A stretch of DNA of 64,000 nt from Candidatus Harrisonbacteria bacterium CG10_big_fil_rev_8_21_14_0_10_40_38 (GTDB lineage: Bacteria > Patescibacteriota > Minisyncoccia > UBA6257 > 1-14-0-10-40-38), in contig PFAZ01000001.1 in NCBI GenBank assembly GCA_002773535.1, positions 241,579-305,578 on the forward strand, in the 5' to 3' direction. The stretch's first letter is position 1, and every line of letters starts with the position of its first letter. Made by a program: the position numbers and the translations under genes. A model generated the notes under the pieces. That model ran no database searches. It saw nothing but the letters and a program-made list of their open reading frames with translations, and was not told where the DNA came from. Shown piece by piece: positions 18,897 through 28,132 of this stretch.

Positions 18897-20945
18897 CTAT
18901 ATGTCAAGATTTTTTACCGACAGAGCATGTGCCTGAATAAACTTCTTTCTTGGCTCAACAGTCTCTCCCATAAGCACGCTAAACAATCTATCCGCCTCTG
19001 TAGCATCCCCAACCTCCACAAGCTTCAAAACCCTAGCCTCGGGATCCATTGTAGTTTCCCAAAGCTGCTGTGGGTTCATCTCTCCCAAACCTTTATACCT
19101 CTGAACAAAGATTCCTTTCATTCTACCATCACCAGTTTCCAAAGAAACCTCTTCGGTATTTTCTGCATCCGTCACTTCAACCTCTTCCCCCTTGGCTTTC
19201 TTCTTTGCTGAAGCCGCCTGCCTCTCTTTCTTTAATGCCTGAAGTTCATCAATAGCTTTATCTTTAGCTCCTTCATTAAATACATATCTAAAAGACTTTC
19301 CTGCCTGAACCTTAAAGAGTGGCGGCTGCGCGATATACAAATGACCGGCATCAATTATCTCACGGAAGTACCTGTAAAACAGGGTAAGCAAAAGAGTCCT
19401 GATATGAGCGCCATCAACATCAGCATCAGTCATGATGATGATTTTATGATATCTAAGTTTTGAAATATCAAACGACTCAGCGATAGCGGTGCCGATCGCG
19501 ACAACCAACGCCTTTATCTCTTTATTGATAAGCATCTTATCAATCCTCGATTTTTCAACATTCAAAATTTTTCCCTTTAAAGGCAATATTGCCTGTGTCC
19601 TCCTATCACGACCGGATTTTGCGCTACCACCAGCAGAGTCTCCCTCTACTATAAACAGCTCAGAATCTTCCGGACTTCGTGAAGTGCAGTCTGCAAGTTT
19701 ACCGGGAAGAGTAAGTCCTTCGAGAACCCCTTTTCGAAGAACCATGTCCTTCGCCGCTTTTGCAGCTTTTCTCGCCTTTACGGCAAGAAGAGATTTTTCG
19801 ATGATCCTTCTTGCATCAGAAGAATTTCTTTCAAGAAAATCTTTCAGAGACTCACCCACAACTGACTCAACTGCAGTGCGCGCTTCGGTGTTCCCAAGAC
19901 GCGCCTTTGTCTGACCTTCAAACTGTGGTTCGCGAAGCTTAACCGAAACAATAACCGTAAGACCCTCACGAACATCATCACCTGTAAAACCATCATCTTC
20001 TTTTTTAAGAAGATTATTTGAACGAGCATATTCATTTAAAGTTCTGGTAAGAGCCGACCTAAAACCAGTCATATGCATTCCGCCATCGGGAGTATAAATA
20101 TTATTTGCAAAACTTAACTCTTTAGATTCATATTCGTCGTTATAAACAAAAGCCACCTCAACCCCCATATCGTTCTGCTGTTTATCTACATAAAAAAGAT
20201 TATCTAAAAGCGATTTTTCTGAACGACTAAGATATCTAAGAAAAGACGCGAGCCCGCCATCAAAACAAAATCCATGATAAACCGGCACCTCTCCTCGCGA
20301 GTCTATTATCTCGATTGCAATTCCTTTTGTAAGGAACGCCTGTCGCCTCAAGTGGTCAACAATTCTTTTTAAATCAAATTTGGTTTCAGAAAAAATAGTA
20401 TGATCCGGCTGGAAGATTATCTTCGTTCCGGTACTTTTACTAGATCCTATTTTTTTAACCTTGGTTTTTGGAACACCACGTTCATATTCCTGCTCATAGA
20501 CTCCACCATCACGAGAAACCTCAGCACGAAGCCATACAGACAATGCACATACAACCGAAACACCAACACCGTGGAGACCTCCTGAAACCTTATAAGACTC
20601 GCCTCCAAATTTACCTCCGGCATGAAGCGTTGTAAGAACAGTCTCCAGTGCAGACTTTTTTGTCTGTGCATGAACCTCAACCGGAATACCGCGTCCATCA
20701 TCAGTTACAGCAACTTTATTGTCAGGTAAAAGCTCCACCCGAATATGCTTCGCGTGTCCTGCCATTGCCTCGTCAATCGAATTATCAACGACCTCCCAGA
20801 TAAGATGGTGAAGACCGTCTACACCCGTCGAGCCAATATACATACCCGGTCTCTTTCGAACCGGCTCTAAACCCTCAAGAACGTATATGTCCTTGGCTGA
20901 ATATGATGGCTTTTTTTCTGCCTTTTTCTCGTCTTTTTCCGCCAT
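18897..20945 (-). CDS. gyrB: type IIA topoisomerase subunit B (DNA gyrase B; parE not excluded)
   Basis: N-terminal GHKL domain VRKRPGMYIGSTG...HLIWEVVDNSIDEA. Toprim and C-terminal domains present. 682 aa. No gyrA adjacent. Confidence 0.75.
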   Translation of the reverse strand: MAEKDEKKAEKKPSYSAKDIYVLEGLEPVRKRPGMYIGSTGVDGLHHLIWEVVDNSIDEAMAGHAKHIRVELLPDNKVAVTDDGRGIPVEVHAQTKKSALETVLTTLHAGGKFGGESYKVSGGLHGVGVSVVCALSVWLRAEVSRDGGVYEQEYERGVPKTKVKKIGSSKSTGTKIIFQPDHTIFSETKFDLKRIVDHLRRQAFLTKGIAIEIIDSRGEVPVYHGFCFDGGLASFLRYLSRSEKSLLDNLFYVDKQQNDMGVEVAFVYNDEYESKELSFANNIYTPDGGMHMTGFRSALTRTLNEYARSNNLLKKEDDGFTGDDVREGLTVIVSVKLREPQFEGQTKARLGNTEARTAVESVVGESLKDFLERNSSDARRIIEKSLLAVKARKAAKAAKDMVLRKGVLEGLTLPGKLADCTSRSPEDSELFIVEGDSAGGSAKSGRDRRTQAILPLKGKILNVEKSRIDKMLINKEIKALVVAIGTAIAESFDISKLRYHKIIIMTDADVDGAHIRTLLLTLFYRYFREIIDAGHLYIAQPPLFKVQAGKSFRYVFNEGAKDKAIDELQALKKERQAASAKKKAKGEEVEVTDAENTEEVSLETGDGRMKGIFVQRYKGLGEMNPQQLWETTMDPEARVLKLVEVGDATEADRLFSVLMGETVEPRKKFIQAHALSVKNLDI

Positions 20946-21067
20946 TAAACTCTAAAAAACTAAATAAAAACGCCGAAAAGCGCACATTCATTATACCAAA
21001 CCCACCTCAAAAAAGAAAGAGAAAAAAGCTGTAAGTTTTTAGTCTTAAGTTTTTAGCTGTCAGTTAT

Positions 21068-22270
21068 CTATCGTACTTCCGCCCCAAGATCCTCTCCCAC
21101 CATTTTCTCAACTTCAGAATGAATCTTATTTACTTCTTCGTTTGTAAGCGTCCTCTCATGAGAACGATAAACTATCCTAAACGTATAGCTCTTCCTGTCA
21201 GCTCCAAATTTTTCATCATTTTCATACTCATCTGTCATAGCGACCTCTTCAACTAAGTCCCCTGCAAGATGTCTTACGATTTCATAAAACCTGTTTAACG
21301 AAGTTTTTTTAGAAACTATAAAAGATATATCTCTCACAACTTCAGGATATTTGCTCACAGAGGCATATTTACTATTCAAGGAAACAAACTGCTTTGTGAC
21401 TCTTGGGTCTTCCGACCAAAAAATCCTAATGTCCGGAATATCCATCTTCACCATCGCAAGCCGCTCTATTCCAAAACCAAATGCCCATCCGGTATATTTT
21501 TCCGAATCTATCCCAAGTCGCTCCAAAACATTTTTATGAACTACACCGGCTCCCACAACTTCTAGCCATTTGTCACCCCACTTTATTTCTATCTGCGTGC
21601 TCGGATCCGTAAAAGGAAAAGTATCTCCCAAAAATTTATAAGTTATATCTTCTCCAAAAACCGCTTTCACAATATTTGCAAGAACTCTCTGTAAATCATC
21701 AAGCGTGATTTCTCCCTTCTCCCGTTTCTGAATATATAACCCATCAATCTGATGAAATACAGGAAAATGCTTGCTGTCTATCTCGTCTTTTCTATAAACC
21801 TTTCCATAACAAAGCTCTCCGATCCACCCACGTTCCGAAAGAAGTTTTTGAACATCCGGATCAGTAAGATAATAAAGCCACATCGAAGTCGTGTGTGTCC
21901 TAAGCACCCTATCTTCCCCTATAAAATACGTATCACTAGTATTTCTACTAGGATGATCCTCTGGAAAATTAAACAAATCAAAACTATCGCTAACCGTAAG
22001 AGTCTCCGGAGTTTTTACAACATCAAATCCTTTAAAATCATCTATCGCGAGAATTTCATCGATAACAAATTTTATCGGCGAGCTTTCTTTTCTTGACAAA
22101 TCAGGTAAAGCCAAAAGCCGCTTAAACCGAAGCGCATCAAAATCATCCCGAGACTCAATCTCAGAAAGTATTTTCTCCTCCACCCCATCACGATAAATAA
22201 TCTCCCTACCTCCAGTTGAATCATCGGTATCTAAAATATCTTTTTTAAAATCAAAATTCCGCTTTTCCAT
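21068..22270 (-). CDS. pheS: phenylalanyl-tRNA synthetase, single-chain mitochondrial-like type (catalytic alpha core plus a C-terminal FDX-ACB anticodon-binding domain)
   Basis: Class II motifs FPEDHPSR, LRTHTTS, GFGIERLAMV. The C-terminal 95 aa (KYPEVVRDISF...GDLVEEV...YTFRIVYRSHERTLTNEEVNKIH) resemble the FDX-ACB domain of organellar monomeric PheRS. No pheT is adjacent. Confidence 0.7.
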   Translation of the reverse strand: MEKRNFDFKKDILDTDDSTGGREIIYRDGVEEKILSEIESRDDFDALRFKRLLALPDLSRKESSPIKFVIDEILAIDDFKGFDVVKTPETLTVSDSFDLFNFPEDHPSRNTSDTYFIGEDRVLRTHTTSMWLYYLTDPDVQKLLSERGWIGELCYGKVYRKDEIDSKHFPVFHQIDGLYIQKREKGEITLDDLQRVLANIVKAVFGEDITYKFLGDTFPFTDPSTQIEIKWGDKWLEVVGAGVVHKNVLERLGIDSEKYTGWAFGFGIERLAMVKMDIPDIRIFWSEDPRVTKQFVSLNSKYASVSKYPEVVRDISFIVSKKTSLNRFYEIVRHLAGDLVEEVAMTDEYENDEKFGADRKSYTFRIVYRSHERTLTNEEVNKIHSEVEKMVGEDLGAEVR

Positions 22271-22362
22271 ACTCCTCTAAACTAGCAAAAGTAATGCATG
22301 CTAATCAAATGCAAATCAAAAAAGCAAAATTACAAAAGCGGCCCTCTAAAGCGACTCTCTAA

Positions 22363-22406
22363 ATTTACCTAACAGTTTTTGACGATCGTCAAAAACTATT
22401 AGGTAA
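22363..22406. promoter_or_regulatory. 22-bp inverted repeat (tttacctaacagtttttgacga / tcgtcaaaaactattaggtaaa): an intergenic hairpin or operator
   Basis: Near-perfect palindrome (1 mismatch) centred on cgatcg, between the 22432 ORF and pheS on the minus strand. Confidence 0.4.
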
Positions 22407-22431
22407 ACAAAAACCCACTCCAACCACCGAT

Positions 22432-22734
22432 TTATATTTTCCCCATTATTGCTTTTAGTCTTTCTCCTTCGCTTTCCACCAACTCTCCCTCGTATTCCCC
22501 TCCATGCGCATGAGTCCCTTGGTATGAGGGCGCCTTTTGGTCAAGATGCAGATTAACACCCCACCCATCATCCACCTCATCTATATATATATGAAACCTA
22601 GGGAAATCTCCCCCAGAAACACTTTTAATATAAGAAACCGCTCCTGACCGCTTTACCTCCTGTCTATATCCCGCATGCCTTAAAAAAAACGCCATATTTT
22701 TTTGCCTCTGTTTATCCGGAACAAAAAATCTCAT
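22432..22734 (-). CDS. hypothetical protein
   Basis: 100 aa. An alternative start is MAFFLRHAGY, which has an AGAGG upstream. No family recognised. Confidence 0.35.
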   Translation of the reverse strand: MRFFVPDKQRQKNMAFFLRHAGYRQEVKRSGAVSYIKSVSGGDFPRFHIYIDEVDDGWGVNLHLDQKAPSYQGTHAHGGEYEGELVESEGERLKAIMGKI

Positions 22735-22846
22735 ATCTCATTTATATACCAGAAAGACCCAAAAATACAAAAAAACAAAACACGCTTAAAATATGTTCTA
22801 AACTTTAGGATCTTCACAACCCCAAAAAAATCACGGAGAATTTATC

Positions 22847-23818
22847 GTGAGAAGTTTCAAAACGGTCAAAGTCGTCTGCTTTGGTGGAGGCACTGGTCTT
22901 CCCGCTCTCCTATCTGGTCTCAGAGAAAACAAATGGCTCAAGATCACTGCCGCCCCAACCGTTTTCGACAACGGCGGAAGTTCGGGGGCATTAAAGGACT
23001 CACACGGCATCTTACCACCCGGAGACGTTCTACGATGCCTCTTGAGTCTCTCTGAAGATGAGGCAGTTGCAAGAAAAATTCTTTCAGCAAGAATTGAAAT
23101 TGAATCTGCCCCACGCCATACAGCTGGAAATCTTCTTTTACTCGGCCTACAGATGGTTTTTGAAAACGACTACCAGCTTTCAATTGACTCACTCGGAACT
23201 GCTTTGCACATACACGGGAGAGTCTGCCCTGTTTCATGCGAAAAAAGCACTCTCGTAGCCAACTATCACGACGGAGTAACTATAAAAGGCGAAATTCAAA
23301 TAGACGAAAAACTCCGCGAAGGTACAGCGCCAAAATCGCTTTCCCTCGACCCACAAGTTGAAGGAAATGAAGCGCTAATATTGGCAATCAAAAAGGCAGA
23401 CATACTCTGTATTAGCTCTGGTAGTTTTTTCACAAGCATTCTTCCTTGCTTTCTCCCAAAAGGAATCAAAGAAGTAATCCAAGAAAGCCCTGCACCAGCC
23501 ATCTTCATTTCAAACATCCTCACTGAAGGCATGGGGATGAATCACGAATCTGTAGAGTCCATGACCCGAACCGTAGAAGAGTATATCGGAAAAAGAGTCG
23601 TCAGAATCGTGATAAATGACAAGGTTCACGATGACGCCATGGGAAGATACGCGCAAGAGGACAAAAATCCAACAAAGTATGACAAAGAAAGCAACGACCC
23701 GCGATTCATTACCGGAGAGTTCTGGCAAGACTCAGAACTCGCAAGACACGACTCACGCCTCCTCGGATCAGCAGTAAGTAAACTGATCCATGAACTCACA
23801 AACCCCTCCCCTCGATGA
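22847..23818 (+). CDS. YvcK/CofD-family (UPF0052) protein
   Basis: N-terminal VVCFGGGTGLPALLSGL and DNGGSSG motifs. GTG start with GGAG 10 nt upstream. Confidence 0.65.
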   Translation: MRSFKTVKVVCFGGGTGLPALLSGLRENKWLKITAAPTVFDNGGSSGALKDSHGILPPGDVLRCLLSLSEDEAVARKILSARIEIESAPRHTAGNLLLLGLQMVFENDYQLSIDSLGTALHIHGRVCPVSCEKSTLVANYHDGVTIKGEIQIDEKLREGTAPKSLSLDPQVEGNEALILAIKKADILCISSGSFFTSILPCFLPKGIKEVIQESPAPAIFISNILTEGMGMNHESVESMTRTVEEYIGKRVVRIVINDKVHDDAMGRYAQEDKNPTKYDKESNDPRFITGEFWQDSELARHDSRLLGSAVSKLIHELTNPSPR

Positions 23819-23846
23819 GAAATCTCGGGGGGAGATTTCTTTTAAG

Positions 23847-24281
23847 TTAGTCTTTCTTCCTCGCAGCAATAAATACCGCCACAGAAACAATTAAAATATT
23901 TTTCAATATATACTGCCCCTCAAGCGTTGGCACGAAAGGTGCATTCCATGCAATACTCGGCAAAAGTATAAGCGGAAGCACTGTTGTAAAAATGTGAATT
24001 GCAAGAAACAAAAACGCCAATTTTTCAAAACCTTTTATTAAAAACAAAATGCCTATCGCCATTTCAAAAACAGCAAACAAAGAATAAAAAATTGGGAATG
24101 GCATCATAAATCCAAGCGTCTTTTCAAAAAGCGCCAAAACAAGCGGCCCGGCAGGACTAAGACCTATTAGTTTTAAAAACCCGAACCAAAAATAAACCAA
24201 AAAAATAGCGAACCTCCCAAGCCGCACATCAATGCGTTGGGACAAACTCACCAACCCACCAGAAAAACTTTTCAAACTCAT
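23847..24281 (-). CDS. small integral membrane protein (DoxX-like topology)
   Basis: 144 aa with four predicted TM helices. Confidence 0.45.
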   Translation of the reverse strand: MSLKSFSGGLVSLSQRIDVRLGRFAIFLVYFWFGFLKLIGLSPAGPLVLALFEKTLGFMMPFPIFYSLFAVFEMAIGILFLIKGFEKLAFLFLAIHIFTTVLPLILLPSIAWNAPFVPTLEGQYILKNILIVSVAVFIAARKKD

Positions 24282-24837
24282 AAACTAATTATAACAAAAA
24301 TTAATTACCAAAAATAAAAGGGCTGTGCAAGATTTCTCTCACACAGCCCCGTTGTTTCAAAAAATCCTTACTTGAAGTCTGAATCCTTTGGAACTTTGTT
24401 TACAGTGCGACCACAACAGTCGCACAGCGCAAAAAGAGAACATAAATCAAAATTCTCTCTACGCCCACATTTTTTATAACTCCTCATCTGCCTCTTCTTC
24501 ATCCTCTTCATCGGCTTACTGCAACAACGAGTAAACCAACATGTCTTTCTTCCAAAGACTCCAGGATCGGGTACCCATAGAACTGCTTCCGAAAATCATT
24601 CTGGCGCATGATTCAGGCATCTTCCATGAGAACACTGGACATACTAATGTTCTGAACTCTCGTGCGCAACATTGCTATGGTCCATAGCAATACTCCTTTC
24701 TGGCCACCGGTTTTCTAAGGTGCCACCCATACAATAACAAAAAATACAAATAAGTCAATATACCGTATGACCAGGTCTTTTAAAAACAGTCTTTCAATAA
24801 TATTTTTAAACTTTGATTTTTCAATTTTGAATTTTAC

Positions 24838-24914
24838 TGGTGCCGGAGGCGAGAATCGAACTCGCGACCTTGGGTTTATGAGTCCCACGCTCTAACCAAC
24901 TGAGCTACCCCGGC
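24838..24914 (-). tRNA. tRNA with anticodon CAU (elongator Met or Ile-lysidine type)
   Basis: The reverse complement folds as a cloverleaf. Acceptor stem GCCGGGG/CTCCGGC with a G1-C72 pair, anticodon loop CTCATAA, T-arm GCGAG-TTCGATT-CTCGC, encoded CCA. Confidence 0.8.
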
Positions 24915-25202
24915 AGGAAAAAATTGTTAAATAATGATACTCCGAAGAGCAAGTAAATATGCACGCGAAGTCAGTATACTAAAACACGCCAAAAAACAAA
25001 ACACCATCTCAATATTTCTAATATAAACAATACGTTTTCAAAAAAATACAAACTTTCTTATATGAACTAGGTTATCTATTCAAAGAAGGTCTCTGAGATC
25101 TTGTTTTCAATGTGAATGAGGGTGTTTCTTTTAAAAAGCTTTCGGAAGCGCATGAAGCTTGGTTCCCACCCGCAGGGGTGGGATTCATGCGCTGAGAACG
25201 CA

Positions 25203-25243
25203 GGCGGTTACTTGCCGCAGGAGCAAGTAAACCGCCGTTTTTT
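25203..25243 (+). terminator. rho-independent terminator
   Basis: 13-bp stem ggcggttacttgc / gcaagtaaaccgcc followed by gtttttt. Confidence 0.6.
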
Positions 25244-25266
25244 AAAAGAAATATCCGAATGATTGT

Positions 25267-25336
25267 TGCGGGTGCAGGAATCGAACCTGCCCCTGGTGGT
25301 TATGAGCCACCCATGCACACCAGTACACCAACCCGC
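25267..25336 (-). tRNA. tRNA with anticodon CAU. A possible C1:A72 mismatch suggests an initiator type. No encoded CCA.
   Basis: Reverse complement: anticodon stem GGTGG/CCACC with loop CTCATAA. T-arm GCAGG-TTCGATT-CCTGC. D-stem TGTA/TGCA. 3' end ACA. Short D-loop. The exact ends are uncertain. Confidence 0.55.
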
Positions 25337-25379
25337 GATATATATTCTGTTTTACAAAAAACAGTATATACTTTGTAAC

Positions 25380-26699
25380 ATGAATAGCGCAACCCATCGT
25401 GTAGGAATCATAGGTTTCGGCAAAGAAGGTAGATCGCTATTTAACTACCTAAAAAAATCCAAAAAATATAAAAATAGCGATTTTTGGATATTAGACAAAA
25501 ATCCCAAGATAGAAATACCAAAAAACACAAACTCCCAAACCGGAAAAAGTTATCTAAAAAATCTGGATAAATTTGACACCCTATTCCGCTCCCCCGGCGC
25601 CCATTTTTTACTAAAAGAAATCCAGCACGCAAAAAAGAAAGGAGTAAAAATCGAAAGCGCTACAAAACTCTTTTTTGAAGAAATACCAAAGAAAAAAATT
25701 ATTGGTGTAACAGGAAGTAAGGGCAAGGGCACGACTGCAACCCTTATTCATAAAATGCTAAAAGCCTCAGGGAAAAAGGTTATCCTCGCAGGCAATATCG
25801 GCATCCCGATGACAGACACGATTCAAAAAGCAAAAAACACAGATTACATAGTTCTAGAGCTTTCAAGTTTTCAACTACAAGATCTAAATACTTCCCCACA
25901 CATTGCAGTTATATTAGACATGTTTCCAGAACACCTAGATGTTCACAAAAATATAAACGAATATTTAAACGCAAAAACAAACATCTACTCTCATCAAACA
26001 AAAGACGATAAAACATTTTATTTTAAAAATAACTCCCTCACAAAAAAAATTGCATCATACGGGAAAGGTAAAAAAATCGGTATAACCCCAAAAGAAAACA
26101 ATCTTACGAAAAATTTTGACATCGCATCTGCAGTCGCAGAATCTCTCGGTGTAAAGAAAAAAACAATCAAATCTGTACTTAAAAATTTTAAAGGGCGACC
26201 CCATCGTCTCGAAGTGGTTTTAGTCAAAAACAACATAACCTATATAAATGATTCCGCCGCAACCAACCCAGAAGCAACATCTGCCGCCATGAGAACTTTA
26301 ACTGAAAACCAAAAACAAGAAACAAAAGGTAAAAGTTTTAAGTCCGCAGTTTTCAGTTCAAAATCTCTGATTTTGATTGCTGGTGGATCAGATAAAAGAC
26401 TGGACTATGCACCACTTTCAAAAACAATACAAAAAGAAAAAAGCGTAAAGTTAGTAATCCTCTACGGTGAAAATAAAAATAAAATTGAAAAATCAATCCA
26501 AGAGTCACGAAAAAAAATTAAAATATCAAAATCAAAAAACCTCAAAGAAGCTTTCAAAGCAGCAAATGCTTTCGCAAAAAAATCAAAAGAAAATACAACG
26601 ATTCTACTCTCTCCTGCCTCTGCTAGTTTTGACCAATTCAAAAACTACGAAGACCGAGGTAATCAATTTAAAAAACTGGTAATGGATTTGAAAAAATAG
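25380..26699 (+). CDS. murD: UDP-N-acetylmuramoylalanine--D-glutamate ligase
   Basis: Mur ligase P-loop GVTGSKGKGTT. N-terminal Rossmann fold VGIIGFGKEG. The start is the internal ATG at 25380, because the upstream part of the ORF overlaps the tRNA. Confidence 0.75.
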   Translation: MNSATHRVGIIGFGKEGRSLFNYLKKSKKYKNSDFWILDKNPKIEIPKNTNSQTGKSYLKNLDKFDTLFRSPGAHFLLKEIQHAKKKGVKIESATKLFFEEIPKKKIIGVTGSKGKGTTATLIHKMLKASGKKVILAGNIGIPMTDTIQKAKNTDYIVLELSSFQLQDLNTSPHIAVILDMFPEHLDVHKNINEYLNAKTNIYSHQTKDDKTFYFKNNSLTKKIASYGKGKKIGITPKENNLTKNFDIASAVAESLGVKKKTIKSVLKNFKGRPHRLEVVLVKNNITYINDSAATNPEATSAAMRTLTENQKQETKGKSFKSAVFSSKSLILIAGGSDKRLDYAPLSKTIQKEKSVKLVILYGENKNKIEKSIQESRKKIKISKSKNLKEAFKAANAFAKKSKENTTILLSPASASFDQFKNYEDRGNQFKKLVMDLKK

Positions 26700-26732
26700 A
26701 TAGAGAAAGCTACTATAGGAAAAGGCAAAAAT

Positions 26733-26807
26733 GCGGTGGTAGCATAGCTGGCCTAATGCGCTGCCCTGTCACGGCAGAGATCGCGGGTTCAAATCCCGTC
26801 CACCGCG
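26733..26807 (+). tRNA. tRNA-Asp (GUC)
   Basis: Perfect acceptor stem GCGGTGG/CCACCGC. Anticodon loop CTGTCAC. Discriminator G73. T-loop TTCAAAT. Confidence 0.9.
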
Positions 26808-26969
26808 CAAAATACAAAGAGACACTCAAATTGTCTCTTTGTTTTTACAACAACGGGATTTGAACAAAGGGTGGGTCGGAGGGGACGCAACCGGGTCCCC
26901 TCCGTATAGGAAGTTATTTGAAACCGAGGGTTTCGAAAACGAAGATCTGATATAGATCGAGTTGTGAAA

Positions 26970-26991
26970 TATCCCGTCCACCGCGCAAAAT
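26970..26991 (+). repeat. 22-bp direct repeat of the tRNA-Asp 3' end (atcccgtccaccgcgcaaaata). Putative att-like scar.
   Basis: Identical to 26792..26813. An inverted copy of the T-loop segment (acgggatttgaac) also occurs at 26853..26865. Confidence 0.55.
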
Positions 26992-27182
26992 AAAAAACAC
27001 CAGATGGTATTTTTTATTTTGCCCTGATTTATCCTGAATAAAATTGAAGGAGTCACATCGAAGGGCAACAATCATGTCCTTACAGCTTCTTATGCCCCGC
27101 TACGTCAGAGCGGGGCAACCAATTCACGTGATATAATAAAAACCGCATCACATATCCCCACATTCAACATTTTACATTTCGC

Positions 27183-27638
27183 ATGTCACTAAAGATTCCC
27201 TACCAAAAACAAGAAAATGATTACTACTGTGGCCCCGCTGTCCTATCAATGGCTCTCGGTTATTTTGGTAAAAAAATTTCTCAAAAAGAAATCGCAAAAA
27301 TAACAAAAACAAAACCACCCCCATACGGAACAAGAAACTCCGAAATAGTTAAATTTCCAAAAAAATTTGGATTTAAGTCAGTAGTAAAGAAAAACGCGAC
27401 GATAAAAGATATAGAAGAATCGCTAAAGAAAAAATATCCAATAATAGTAAATTACGTAGAACCCGAAGATGAGATAGGACACTTCGCAATAGTTAAGGGA
27501 TTAACAAAAAATAAAATCATTCTTTACGATCCTTGGCATGGGCCAAGCTTTTCATTAGAGAGAAAAGATTTTTTAAAGCGCTGGCACAATCACAGAAACA
27601 CAATAAAACGCTGGATACTCAAAATTTATCCAAAATAA
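27183..27638 (+). CDS. standalone C39-like papain-fold cysteine peptidase domain protein
   Basis: YYCGPAVLSMAL (catalytic Cys), GHFAIV (His) and DPWHG (Asp) match the peptidase C39 triad layout. 151 aa. Confidence 0.6.
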   Translation: MSLKIPYQKQENDYYCGPAVLSMALGYFGKKISQKEIAKITKTKPPPYGTRNSEIVKFPKKFGFKSVVKKNATIKDIEESLKKKYPIIVNYVEPEDEIGHFAIVKGLTKNKIILYDPWHGPSFSLERKDFLKRWHNHRNTIKRWILKIYPK

Positions 27639-27679
27639 TAATTTTGACAAAGTAGGAAAAATTGATGTAGCATGAAGAC

Positions 27680-28129
27680 ATGCTTCTCAAAATCCCCTAC
27701 GAAAAACAAAAGAACGAATATTTCTGCGGGCCTGCAACTCTTGCAATGTGTTTAAAATATTTCGGTAAAGATATTTCACAGGAAGAGCTCGCTATCATTG
27801 CAAAAACAACCGAAAAAGAAGGTACTGCAAATAGAGAAATGCTAAATGCCATTTTAGAGAGTGGTCTTATTGGTGTTACAAAAAAACGCGCACGCATAAA
27901 AAACGTTAAAAATTCAATCCGAAAAAAAAGACCAGTAATAGTAAATTACACAGAACCGGAAGGTGGCATAGGCCATTACGCAATTCCTATTGGAATAAAA
28001 AACGGGAAAATTATTCTCGCCGATCCTTGGCATGGACCAAAATTTCAAATTAACCAAAATCAATTCAAAAAACTTTGGTTAAACAACTCAAAAAAATCAC
28101 CTCGTTGGATGCTCAAAGTTATAAAATAA
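27680..28129 (+). CDS. standalone C39-like cysteine peptidase domain protein. Paralog of 27183..27638.
   Basis: YFCGPATLAMCL, GHYAIP, DPWHG. About 45% identity to the neighbour. Confidence 0.6.
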   Translation: MLLKIPYEKQKNEYFCGPATLAMCLKYFGKDISQEELAIIAKTTEKEGTANREMLNAILESGLIGVTKKRARIKNVKNSIRKKRPVIVNYTEPEGGIGHYAIPIGIKNGKIILADPWHGPKFQINQNQFKKLWLNNSKKSPRWMLKVIK

Positions 28130-28132
28130 CTT

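Noticed and set aside
24368-24706. Two very small ORFs: a 39-aa Cys-rich peptide on the minus strand (24368..24487) and a 57-aa ORF on the plus strand (24533..24706) that ends in a perfect 10-1-10 palindrome (24671..24691)
   Set aside because: Both are below reliable length and have no recognisable family. The palindrome is more likely a terminator or operator. They were not promoted to features.
25263-25379. N-terminal 39 codons of the murD ORF
   Set aside because: This part overlaps the antisense tRNA gene. The conserved Rossmann motif begins right after the internal ATG at 25380.
26845-26965. Possible second, minus-strand tRNA between the tRNA-Asp repeats (TTCAAATCCCGT match)
   Set aside because: No cloverleaf can be drawn; only the 12-nt T-loop segment matches. 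It is interpreted as an inverted fragment of tRNA-Asp.
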